A stretch of 64,000 nucleotides of DNA from Octopus sinensis (lineage: Eukaryota). Shown piece after piece: positions 50,915 to 62,398 of the stretch; positions within the stretch are counted from its first letter, which is position 1, and each line of letters begins with the position of its first letter. Made by a program: the position numbers and the translations under genes. The stretch is from assembly GCF_006345805.1 (NCBI RefSeq), contig NC_042998.1, forward strand, positions 153,884,001 through 153,948,000. Reading direction: 5' to 3'. The notes beneath the pieces are model-generated. The model was not told where the DNA came from. It saw nothing but the letters and a program-made list of their open reading frames with translations, and did not search any database.

Positions 50915-51113
50915 TTTATTTAAAGCAGCAGAAAATTCAACAAAACATGTTACTCTGAGTTTCACGTTGCCGTTCATCGGACAGTTTTTGCTAGAATAGA
51001 ACCGATAAGTCAATTGACATATCGATTCTATTCTAGCAAAAACTGTCCGATGAATGGCAACGTGAAACTCAGAGTAACAGGTTTTGTTGAATTTTCTGCT
51101 GCTTTAAATAAAG
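50914..51113. repeat. 200-bp near-perfect palindrome carrying two CCGAUGA hammerhead-like folds
   Basis: Arms 50914-51001 and 51026-51113 around a GTCAATTGAC centre. Folds at 50947-50984 (-) and 51043-51080 (+). Confidence 0.9.
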
Positions 51114-51184
51114 CATATTACTCTACCACTGGTATTTGAGTACTCTTTTTTCCACTTTGTTTCACATTCATGTGTTTACTCCGG

Positions 51185-51216
<32 letters not shown>

Positions 51217-51217
51217 A

Positions 51218-51250
<33 letters not shown>

Positions 51251-51323
51251 TGTATGTATGTATGTATGTATGTGTGTGTGTATGTATGTATGTATGTATG
51301 TATGTGTATATATATATATACAT

Positions 51324-51377
<54 letters not shown>

Positions 51378-51380
51378 ATA

Positions 51381-51812
51381 TCATCATCATCATCATCGTT
51401 TAACATCCGCTTTCCATGCTAGCATGGGTTGGACGGTTCAACATGGGTCTGGGAAGCCCGAAGGCTGCACCAGGCCAGTCAGAACTGGCAGTATTTCTAC
51501 AGCTGGATGCCCTTCCTAACGCCAACCACTCCGTGAGTGTAGTGGGTGCTTTTAATGTGCCAGCAACACAGGTGCCAGACGAAGCTGGCGAATCGCCATG
51601 CTCAGGTGGTGCTTTTTACGTGCCACCGGCATGGAGGCCAGGCAAGGCTGGCAACGGCCACGATCGGATGGTGTTTGTTACGTGCCACCAGCATGGAGGC
51701 CAGTCAATGCGGTGCTGGCTACAGCCACGTTCGGATGGTTCTCTTATGTGCCACCGGCACTAGTACCACAACTACAAATTCCATTGATGTTGATCGATTT
51801 TGATTTGATTTG
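51381..51812 (-). mobile_element. RTE 3' UTR fragment
   Basis: Reverse complement of about 55870-56262. Confidence 0.9.
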
Positions 51813-51849
51813 ATTTTTTGATATATATATATATATATATATAATATAT

Positions 51850-51880
<31 letters not shown>

Positions 51881-52559
51881 GTATACCTCATCTTTCCCAG
51901 TGCACGGTGTCATTTTCTCCCTCTGTTATCACTATGTCTCTCTCTCTCTCTCTCTGCGGTGTTGTTTTCTCCCTCTGTTATCACTATGTCTCTCTCTCTC
52001 TCTCTCTCTGTATATATCTCACTTTCTCTCGGTTCCACAGGCCTAGCGAATATGCTCTGCCTCCTACTCACACCTCCGCACACCCTCCCATATAAAACCC
52101 AATGCACGAGGCTTGACCGTCCCTTACTATTCTTTTTCTCCTGGCTGTAACACACGAAACACGAACCTCAGGATGAAAAATATCAGCTAAGATATATTTA
52201 AGTTTCCGACCTGTTTCCTCCTTTCATTGTTTCTTTTTTTTTTGCAAGTATTATCACCATCATGCCTTATTGTTTCCCCTTTTATTATCGTTGTCTTTCG
52301 TCTCAAATGCTAGCTGAAGCATTTCTCCACAACATATAAACTCTCACTCACAGAAACTTATTCACACGACCGCAAAGCATTTCGTCTCAAATCTTGTCTT
52401 TCTGTCGCTTAAATCTCTACCTCATCTTTCCCAGTGCGTGTCGCTTAAATCTCTACCTCATCTTTCCCAGTGAGCGGTGCGCCCGCCCTCCCGCCCCCTC
52501 CACCTGTACCGGAAGTCCTTATCTCACCTTGTCTTCCTTTGCTTTTCTTTCATGAACAC

Positions 52560-55500
52560 CTAAAGGCCTTAAGCCAATACCACCCCTACTATATAAGGTG
52601 GTGACCATACGGCGCAAAACATGATAGTGTGGTGTAGCAGGTTGAACTTAAGATCATTGCTTTGCTTATGAATTCTGCCAAATGCGAGCTTTCTTCTTTT
52701 CAGGTACATGACGCCACTGCTCCCTGTCCCTGGGCCTCTAGGGCCCATACCTTCCACACCCTCAGGGTGGGCACCCTCAACGTTAGCACACTGAAAGGTA
52801 GGTCTGGCGAGATAGTCGAGATGCTTGAACGGAGATGTGTTGATGTATGTTGCATGCAAGAAATAAGGTGGAGAGAAGGATCTGCTAGGTTCCTCACAGG
52901 CAAGGAACACAGGTACAAGATTTTCTGGGCAGGAAACACTGACGGGGTTGGTGGCGTGGGTATACTTATCGCTGAGAAATGGGTAGATAAAGTAATTGAG
53001 GTAATCAGAGTAAGTGACAGAATACTTAAGATTAGAATAGTGCTTCATCATAGATTAGCAACCATTATATCAGCCTATGCCCCTCAGCCAGGGCTACCCG
53101 ATGGATAGAAAGACCGTTTCTATGACACCCTACTGCAGACCACCTCATTGACGAACGACAGGGACCTTCTCTTTGTGGCTGGTGATTTCAATGGGCATGT
53201 TGGACGACATGCTGGGGGCTTCCATGGCGTACATGGAGGCTACGGTTATGGTTCCCGCAACGAGGAGGGAACCAGGCTTCTGGAGTTCTGCGATGTGAAT
53301 AGTCTTATGGTTTGCAACACTAACTTCAGGAAACCGACAAGCCACCTTGTCACCTACCAATCGGGCCGGCATACTAGCCAAATCGACTACATCCTTGCCA
53401 GAAAAAGGGAAAGATGGCTGCTTATAAATGTCAAAATCTTCCCAGGCGAAGAATGTGCCCCACAACATAGACTGGTAGTTAATGACTTTAGGATCAGGAC
53501 TAAGAGGGCGACTAGAAGACGACCAACATGGAGAAGAAGGGTCTGGAAGCTTAAAGACCCTGCGAATGGACAGAGATTTAGAGACATGTTACTTGAAGCA
53601 TTTGACGAAATGGAAGGGGGTATAGCTACACATGGGGTAGAAGACAACTGGACGCTTCTGAGGGACAACCTGCTGAAAGCCACTGACCAGATCTGTGGCT
53701 GGTGCAAAGTCCCTTTAAGACCCAAAATAACGTGGTGGTGGAACAATATTGTTGACAGGGCTATTAGACAAAAGAAACAGGCTTGGAAGGCCTTGAAGAA
53801 CGGTGGTTGCAGGGAAGTGTATCAGACTGCTAGAAGGGAAGCTAGGAGACAGGTCTATCTAGCCAGAGGGGAAGCAGATAAGAAAAAATTTGCCAATGTC
53901 CTGCGCCGTGAGGATGAAAGACTTGAGGTATTTCGTGTTGCAAGACAGTGTGTGAGAGAGAATTGTGACGTGGTAGGAAAGAAATGTGTTCGCAAGGATG
54001 ACGGTTCACTTGCGCTAAATGAGGATGCAAAGAGAGAGGCTTGGAGACGCCACTATGAAAGGTTGCTGAATGAGGAAAATGAATGGGATAAAGAGAGTCT
54101 GCCGAATGTCGACCCAACAGAGGGACCACCAATCCGAGTTAACAGTTCCTTAGTAGTTAAGGCAATTACAAGCATGAAAACAGGGAAAGCCCATCAGGAA
54201 TTACTGCAGAGATGCTCAAAATATCTGGTAGTGTCGGCTATAGCCTAGTCACCCGTATAGTTAACCAGGTGATACACGAAGGAGTCATACCCAATGACTG
54301 GTGTAGCAGCATAATAGTCAACTGCTACAAAGGTAAAGGTAACGCCCTAGATACAAATAACTACAGGGGCATCAAGCTGCTGGATCAGGTAATGAAGGTT
54401 ACAGAGAGGGTTATAGCCCAATTAATTAGAGAGAGAGTTAGCTTAGATGAGATGCAGTTTGGGTTCGTGCCAGGGAAAAGTACTACTGATGCTATATTCC
54501 TGGTAAGACAGCTGCAGGAGAAATACCTAGCCAAAGATAAGCCCCTGTACCTGGCTTTTGTTGACATGGAGAAAGCCTTTGACAGGGTCCCCCGATCCCT
54601 CATCTTGTGGTCAATGAGGAAACTAGGGATAGATGAATGGTTAGTGAGAGCTGTGCGAGCCATGTACAGAGACGCTGCTAGTAAGGTGAGGGTTGGCAAC
54701 GAGTACAGTGAAGAATTCCGGGTAGAGGTTGGGGTCCACCAAGGTTCAGTCCTCAGTCCCCTCCTATTAATCATAGTCCTCCAGGCAATAACGGAGGAAT
54801 TCAAGACAGGATGCCCCTGGGAGCTCCTCTATGCTGATGACCTTGCTCTAATTGCTGAGTCACTATCAGAACTGGAGGAGAAGTTTCAGGTGTGGAAGCA
54901 AGGTCTAGAATCGAAGGGCCTCAGAATCAATCTAGCCAAAACCAAAGTCCTAATAGGTAGGAAAGTAGACAAGTCACAAACGCCTTCAGGTAGATGGCCC
55001 TGCTCGATCTATAAAAAAGGTGTACGTAGAAACTCTATAAGGTGCACCAAGTGCAAGCTATGGACACATAAGAGGTGTAGCAATGTCAAAGGAAGGCTAA
55101 CTAGGAAAATAGTTTTTGTGTGTGGCAGATGCTCAGGAGCAATAAACACTGAAAATGTGCAGAGACCAACGTCTACCATGTTCCAGGGAGAAAAACTAGA
55201 AGTAGTTGATAGCTTCCGCGACCTAGGTGACCAAGTCAGTAGCAGGGGTGGGTGTGCTGAAAGTGTAACTGCTAGAGTAAGAATAGCCTGGGCAAAGTTT
55301 AGAGAGCTCTTACCCCTGCTGGTGACAAAAGGCCTCTCGCTCAGAGTAAAAGGCAGACTGTATGATGCATGTGTACGTACAGCCATGCTACATGGTAGTG
55401 AAACATGGGCTGTGACTGCTGAGGATATGCGTAAGCTCGCAAGAAATGAAGCCAGTATGCTCCGATGGATGTGTAATATCAGTGTTCATAATTGACAGAG

Positions 55501-56258
55501 TGTAAGTACCTTGAGAGAAAAGTTGAACCTAAGAAGCATCAGTTGTGGTGTGCAAGAGAGACGGCTGCGCTGGTATGGTCATGTGACGAGAATGGCTGAA
55601 GATAGTTGTGTGCAAAAGTGCTACACCCTAGCAGTTGAGGGAACCTGTGGAAGAGGTAGACCCAGGAAAACCTGGGACGAGGTGGTGAAGCACGACCTTC
55701 GAACTTTAGGTCTCACCAAGGAAATGACTAGAGACCGAGACCTATGGAAGTATGCTGTGCGTGAGAAGACCCGGCAAGACTAGTGAGACCATAACCCGTG
55801 GCCCCTACCTGGGACGTAGTCAGTCCACCTGTGCATACCTTCCTTCTTGTGACACTTGTGAAGACCTGTTGAGGCAAGTGAAAATCAAACCAAATCAAAA
55901 TAGATGAACATCAATGGAATTTGTATCTTTGTGGTACCAGTGCCGGTGGCACATAAGAAAACCATCCGAACGTGGCCGTAGCCAGTACTGCATCGACTGG
56001 CCTCCGTGCTGTGGGCACGTAACAAACACCATCCGAGCATGGCCGTTCGCCAGCCTCGTCTGGCACCTGTGTCGGTGGCACATAAAATCACCCACTACAC
56101 TTTCGGAGTGGTTGGCGTTAGGAAGGGCATCCAGCTGTAGAAACACTGCCAGATCTGACTGGCCTGGTGCAGCCTTCGGGCTCCCCTGACCCCAGTTGAA
56201 CCGTCCAACCCATGCTAGCATGGAAAGCGGACGTTAAACGATGATGATGATGATGATG

Positions 56259-56262
<4 letters not shown>
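52560..56262 (+). mobile_element. Near full-length RTE-clade LINE with a (GAT)n tail; 5' boundary approximate
   Basis: Single APE-RT reading frame, about 470-bp 3' UTR, ends AAACGATGATGATG. Confidence 0.95.
52662..55783 (+). pseudogene. RTE ORF: APE endonuclease, RT and an internal PHD-like zinc finger; only about three lesions
   Basis: GTLNVSTL, CCMQE, GDFNGHVG, IDYIL, QH, YRGIKLL, QFGF, VDMEKAFDRV, GVHQGSVLSP, YADD. Lesions: TAG at 53106, a frameshift near 54195, TGA at 55493. Confidence 0.93.
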
Positions 56263-56299
<37 letters not shown>

Positions 56300-56337
56300 A
56301 TATATATATATATATATATAATATATATACACACATA

Positions 56338-56402
<65 letters not shown>

Positions 56403-56406
<4 letters not shown>

Positions 56407-56680
56407 CGTGACTGACCAGGCTATCAGATGTTGCTACACAATGCGCTTCACATTGTTTTACCCTTCAAGTGATGCCACCCTGCTGGCTAAGCAAGCAGGC
56501 CAACAGAACAAAGAGTGAGAGAAAGTTGTGGCAAAAGAGTACAGCAGGGATCGCCACCACCCCCTGCCAGAGCCTCATGGAGCTTTAGGTGTTTTCGCTC
56601 AATAAACACTCACAACACCCGGTCAGGGAATTGAAATCGCGATCCTACGACCGCAAATCCTCTGCCCTAACCACTGTGTT
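56403..56680 (-). mobile_element. tRNA-derived SINE (another family)
   Basis: Minus head CACAGTGGTTAGGGCAG...GATTTCAATTCCC with A/B-box-like spacing. Confidence 0.7.
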
Positions 56681-56919
56681 CCTCCATACACACACACACA
56701 CACATATATATATTACTCTTTTTACTCTTTTACTTGTTTCACTCATTTGACTGTGGCCATGCTGGAGCACCACCTTTAGTCGAGCAAATTGACCCCAGGA
56801 CTTATATATATATGTAGACCATAGTTAAGTTCCAGGTTTGGTGGGTCTGTCTATAGCACTTATTCAGCATTATCTGATACCTTTGGGTCTCAATGACACC
56901 ATTACCTCTTATAACCTCA

Positions 56920-57640
56920 TCATTTAACGTCCGCTTTCCATGCTAGCATGGGTTGGATGATTTGACTGAGGATTGGCAAACCAGATGGCTGCACCAGGCT
57001 CCAATCTGATCTGGCAGAGTTTCTACAGCTGGATGCCCTTCCTAATGCCAACCACTCCGAGAGTGTAGTGGGTGCTTTTACGTGCCACCAGCATGAGGGC
57101 CAGTCAGGCGGTACTGGCAACAGCCACACTCAAAGTGCTTTTTACATGCCACCTGCACAGGAGTCAGTCCAGCGGCAATGGCAACGACCTTGCTCAAATG
57201 TTTTGTTCACATGTCACTGGCACAAGTGCCAGTAAGGCAACACAGGTAACAATCACACTCAAATGATGCTTTTTATGTGCCACCGGCACGGAAGCCAGAC
57301 AGCTGTTAGTGCTCTACTGACACGGGTGCCAGTCATCGAATTTGGTTCAATTTCGATTTCACTTGCCCCAACATGCAGGTGGCACGTAAAAAATGCCATT
57401 TGAGCATGGCTGTTGCCAGAACCGCCTGACTCGCCGTCGTGCTGGTGGCATGTAAAAGCACCCACCACACTCTTGGAGTGGTTGGCTTTAGGAAGGGCAT
57501 CCAGCTGTAGAAACTCTGCCAGATCAGATTGGAGCCTGGTGCAGCTACCTGGCTCGCCAGTCCCTAGTCAAACTGGCCAACCCATGCCAGAATGGAAAGT
57601 GGGCGTTAAACGATGATGATGATGATGATGATGATGATGA
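56920..57640. mobile_element. Two RTE 3'-UTR fragments in inverted orientation (56920-57265 minus; about 57290-57640 plus)
   Basis: Both contain the GGAAGGGCATCCAGCTGTAGAAAC segment. GAT tails point outward. Confidence 0.85.
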
Positions 57641-58449
57641 TATATATATATATATATATAGTTTAATTGTACAGAAAACAAAAGACAAAGATAGGTGAAG
57701 AAACAACAATCAGTTGTATTAGTTTGATGATCAGGAAAAAAGGGAAAAAGTCTTTGATGTTTCGACATTACACTGTTCAAGAGAAAGGGATGAGAGGAAA
57801 AGAGAGTGAGAGAGAAAAAAAAATGGTATTAATGGTTCCACATTTTGAAAAGACTGGAAGGAAAGGCTTATGGAAAGGGAGATAACAGTGACATAGCTAA
57901 ACTGAAGTGCACAAACGAATTTGTGTATGTGAGGATGGTGTGTGTGTGAGTGCATGTGTGTGTGTGTGTTTCAGGGGGCAGTGCATGTGTATGTATGTGA
58001 ATGAGTGTAGACACTGTTATCAGTTGGTTTGTGTTGAATAAAGTGTGTGTGCATATGGAGTTGATGCATGTAATGTTCTGTGTTTGTGCATATGTTTGTC
58101 TGTAATGGTGTTTGTATATGTGCATGTGAAGCCATCTGGTGTATATGTGTGAGGCCATCCAGTGTTATAGGGGGTTGCATAGAAAAAACTGACAAAACGT
58201 TGGGACTGGGAGGTGTTGTGTGCTTGTGTGTGTGGAGTGGGAAGAAGTATGTGTGTATGCTTGTGCATGTGTGTGTAGTAGGTATTTGCATAATGGTGTG
58301 GGTACTGAGTTAAACAGTGTACAAATATGGGAGGTTGGAGGAGGAGGGGCAGTGGATGCTGGGAAGTGTGTGGTGTGTGTGAATGTGTGTAAGGGTTGGT
58401 TTAGATGAAGAGAGGAGATAAATTAAGACCACTTGGAGCAGAAGTGTGG

Positions 58450-58752
58450 TGTTGGTGAGAGGATGACAGATAGGGGAGGGTGGAAGTAGGGCTTGCAGGG
58501 CGCATGCGCGGCAGGAAGTAGTGAGAGGATGACAGATAGGGGAGGGCGGAAGTAGGGCTTGCAGGGCGCATGCACGGCAGGAAGCGGCAGTGAGGACGCA
58601 CGTGTGGGATCGACCAGTGGCTGTTGAGACAACGAAGGCACCAGATGTATCGAACTAGCTGAGAAAGATCCGAACTAATCTTCACCAAGGTAAGGCCTGA
58701 TTGTATTTCATTCTCCCTTTTTCTGTTGTCCTCTTTCATCGTTCACACCACA
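58450..58752 (+). repeat. 5' LTR (303 bp) with a 66-bp internal tandem duplication
   Basis: TGTTGGTGAGAGGATGA...TCATCGTTCACACCACA, an imperfect 17-bp terminal inversion. Confidence 0.93.
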
Positions 58753-58793
58753 AGCTATTTCGGCATATACACAATCGGTTTTATAAATAAAAA

Positions 58794-59522
58794 ATGATGC
58801 AGAGTGCTCGGGTTTCGCACAAACTTATAATACCGTTTTGCGGGGACACAGATGTGGTCGCTTGGTTGAAGAGAGTGAAGTTGGTGGCGAAGCTCCATGG
58901 TATAGGTGACCTGGCGAGCTTCATGCCGCTGTACTTGGATGGCCCGGCGTTGGCGTTATATTTAGAGATGGAGGAGACGGACCAACTTAGCGTGGAGAAA
59001 GTAGAAATCCGGTTGATGGAGGCCTTTGCGGAGGGAATGTTCGAGGCATATGCTCGCCTGGGTAGAATGAGATGGACTGGGCAACAGGTGGACGTGTTTA
59101 CCAATGAGCTTAGAAGACTGGCTAAATTGGCGGGTTACGAGGGAGAGTCGCTGGAATGGACGGTTAGGTTGGCGTTCGTGACCGGTTTTCCCGACATTAT
59201 GTCGGTCAAGCTACAGAAGCTCCCGAACGTGCATTCGATGCCGATGGCTGACATCATATCTCGGGCACGTGTACTAGTTTCGTGCAGCAGGATGACGTCA
59301 GTAGCAGCGACTGCAACGTCGAAAAGTGGCCCAGCTAGGAGCAGCGGAGAGGGGCTAAAGAAAGAACGTGTGCGATCATTCAAAGGACAGTGTTTCCGTG
59401 TCGCCCAAGCCTGAGGTGATTTGCTACCAGTGTCGAGAGCCGGGGCATGTAGCCAGCGAGTGTCTGCAGGGAAACGGACTGCGGGAGACTACTGCGCCGG
59501 TAGTTGTCCCTTTGGATCAGTA
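58794..59522 (+). pseudogene. gag with CCHC zinc knuckle, frameshifted near 59400
   Basis: ORF 58794..59414, then a shifted frame VICYQCREPGHVASECLQGNG...PLDQ*. Confidence 0.88.
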
Positions 59523-62362
59523 GCGGCGTGTTTATCATCGCTACCTGTGGTCGACATTCTGGTGGAGGGGAAGATGTCGCGAGCCCTGGTGGACACGGGC
59601 TGTACAATGACCTGATGACTACAGAAGTGGCAGAGATGTGGAGTGGAGGAAGTAATGTTAGGGCTGTCGATGGAAGAGAAGTACACTGCGAAGGGGTTAC
59701 GGATGTGCAGATTGTAGTGCAGGGACTACAGCTGACGTTGCGAGTGATTGTGGTTGGTCACTTGGTGGACGAGATTGACGTGGTGATGGGGATGGATGCA
59801 ATCACCCGCTTGGGAGGTGTCACCGTTAACGAGGCTGGTGTAACGTTTGGGTTAGCGGAGAAACCATGTAGGGTGAGACCGTGCACCGGCGACAACCGTG
59901 AGGAAAAGGATGCGGCGCACACCATTGAAGACCAGGATTTTCAGGCTGTCTTTGATGGCAAGAGGTGGACAGTGGAGTGGCACTGGAAGGGAGAGCCCCC
60001 GATGTTAAAGAATAAAGTGGGCTACTATCAGCATACTCTAAAAGGAGATGCCAGAAGTGAGTCCGAGGGGGAGGTGGAGCGGTGGATTAAGGAGGGCATA
60101 TTGATCCCTTGGGAAAAAGAAGAGAGCGGAGTCCTGCCACTGATGGCGGTGAGTCAGACCAGTGCTTGACTTCCGAGAGCTGAATGACCACGTGTCGTGT
60201 CATACAGGCGGCGAGGCCACGGATGTCTGCGGAGACACCTTGCGAGAGTGGAGGCAGACGACGGGGGCCTCCACGATTGTTGATTTGAAGTTGGCATACC
60301 TACAGGTGCGTATGGCTGAGAAATTATGGAAGTACCAGCTCGTCAGGTATAAGGGCTGGACGTACTGTCTGACCAGGTTGGGATTCGGGCTGAATTCAGC
60401 GCTAAAGATTATGGCAACAATTCTCAAGGCCATCCTAGGGAAGGTGGACAGAGTAAAAAGGGCCACCAATTCATACATCGATGACATTCTGGTGGATGAA
60501 ACCGTGATACCAGCAACAAAGGTCATAGGCCACCTGAAGAGTTTTGGACTGATCGCCAAGCCGCCAGAGACAATGGAGGGAGGTGCCGCACTGGGCCTCA
60601 AGCTATGGAGAGATAAGGCCGGCGCATTGGTGTTCCGGCGAGGGAATGAGGACCCTGAGCTGGGTGCCAGCATGAGTAGACGGGAACTGTTCTCTGTGTG
60701 TGGGAGGCTGGTGGGACATTACCTGATTGCGGGTTGGCTCCAAACAGCATGTAGCTTCATCAAGAGACGAGCCGAAGGAGTGAAGTGGAATGATAGAGTG
60801 GGGGAGAGGACGATCGACATGATGCAGGAAGTCTTGGTCAGAGTAGGAGCAGAGGACCCAGTGAGGGGCAACTGGTATGTTCCCAAATCAAAGAGCGGGA
60901 TCGTATGGTGTGACGCCAGTAGCATCGCAATAGAGGTTGTCTTAGAAGTGGGAGGTGTCATGGTGGAAGATGCAGCCTGGCTCAGGAAGACGGATGACTG
61001 TAATCATATCAACGTGGCGGAGTTGGATGCCGTTTTGAAGGGGGTGAACCTAGCTTTGAAGTGGGGGTTGCACACCATAGAAATCAGGACTGATTCGGCC
61101 ACTGTACTTGGTTGGGTGACAACAGTCATCACCGATGAGCGGAGGGTGCGGACCAAAGGGGCTGCAGAGATGCTGGTAAAGCGTCGATTGGGAATACTGT
61201 GTGAACTAACCACTGAGTTCTATCTGAAGCTGAGCATGATCTTTGTGCCTTCCGAGAAGAACAGGGCAGACGTCCTGACCAGGGTAAAGCGAGTCTGGTT
61301 GCAGGTGCCAGAGGATGCGAAGCAGGCTGTAGCTGCAGTATGCTGTCTGAGCGACTCGGAGTTGCGGAGACTGCACACCATGCATCACATGGGTGTGGAC
61401 AGGACATTGTTCCTAGCCAGAAAAGTTGACTCCAACGTAACAAGACAGAGCGTGCAGAGAGTGGTTAGCAGTTGTGACAGGTGCCAGTCCATCGACCCTG
61501 CTCCGGTCGTGCATGAAGCGGGAAGTATTCCAGTGGACCAGGACTGGAAACGACTGGCGGTGGACATAACACACTACCGGCAGGGGACATACCTCTCAAT
61601 GGTTGACTGCGGACCAGGGCGGTTGGCCATATGGAGGGAGATGAAGTCGGGGACCGCAGAAGAAATTGTGAAAGTGTTGAATGAGATATTCCTGGAACGA
61701 GGCCCTGTGGATGAACTGCTTCTGGACAATGGCACTGCATTTCGCTCGGATGTGCTGAAAGAAATGCTTGATGAGTGGAAGGTCAACCGCTTCTTCAGGG
61801 CGGCATACCGGCCAAGTGGAAATGGGGTGGTGGAAAGGCATCATCGTACCATCAAGGCCATGGCAGAGAGGGGTCACATTTCACCAATCGAGGTTGTGTT
61901 TTGGTACAATATATCGCCCAGATCAGGACAGGCTGAGGAGTCGGTGCCACACAGGGCAATATTCAGGTACGAGTGGAGGCATCCGTATACTACATCAATG
62001 CAGAGGAAGAGCATGCCTTCGTGCAGGTCAGGGGGGAAGTCTGGGTAAAACCCCCAAACGCACAGTGTACATCACAATGGGGAAAGGGGACAATAACCTC
62101 TGTAAATTCAAAAGATAACATCTCGGTCGATGGTATGCCACGCCACGTTTTGGATATACGGAGGATTGTCCATGCCCCAGAGGATGGGACCAGCAGCAGT
62201 GGGCAAGACGAAAACAACACCAGTAGACAGGATGACGAGGCCAGTAGCAACACACCAGGAACAAGTCCTAGGGTCGCACTGCGACCACAGAGGGAAAGGC
62301 ACCCTCCTCCCTGGTTGGCTGATTATGAAACCAGTTCAGGTGCGGGAGCGGGGTGCGAGTGA
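59469..62362 (+). pseudogene. pol (protease, RT, RNase H, integrase) in the -1 frame, with three small frameshifting lesions
   Basis: PR LVDTGC. RT DLKLAYLQ, LGFGLNSA, YIDD. RH WCDASS, HINVAELDAV, TDS. IN HHCC and D-D35-E. SH3/GPY-F-like tail. Confidence 0.92.
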
Positions 62363-62398
62363 GAAAGCCGGTTCAGTGATCTGTAGATCAGGGGGGGG

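Noticed and set aside
52689-52710. Splice-acceptor-like CTTTCTTCTTTTCAG just upstream of the RTE endonuclease
   Set aside because: Single motif match, the following ATG is out of frame, and there is no supporting donor.
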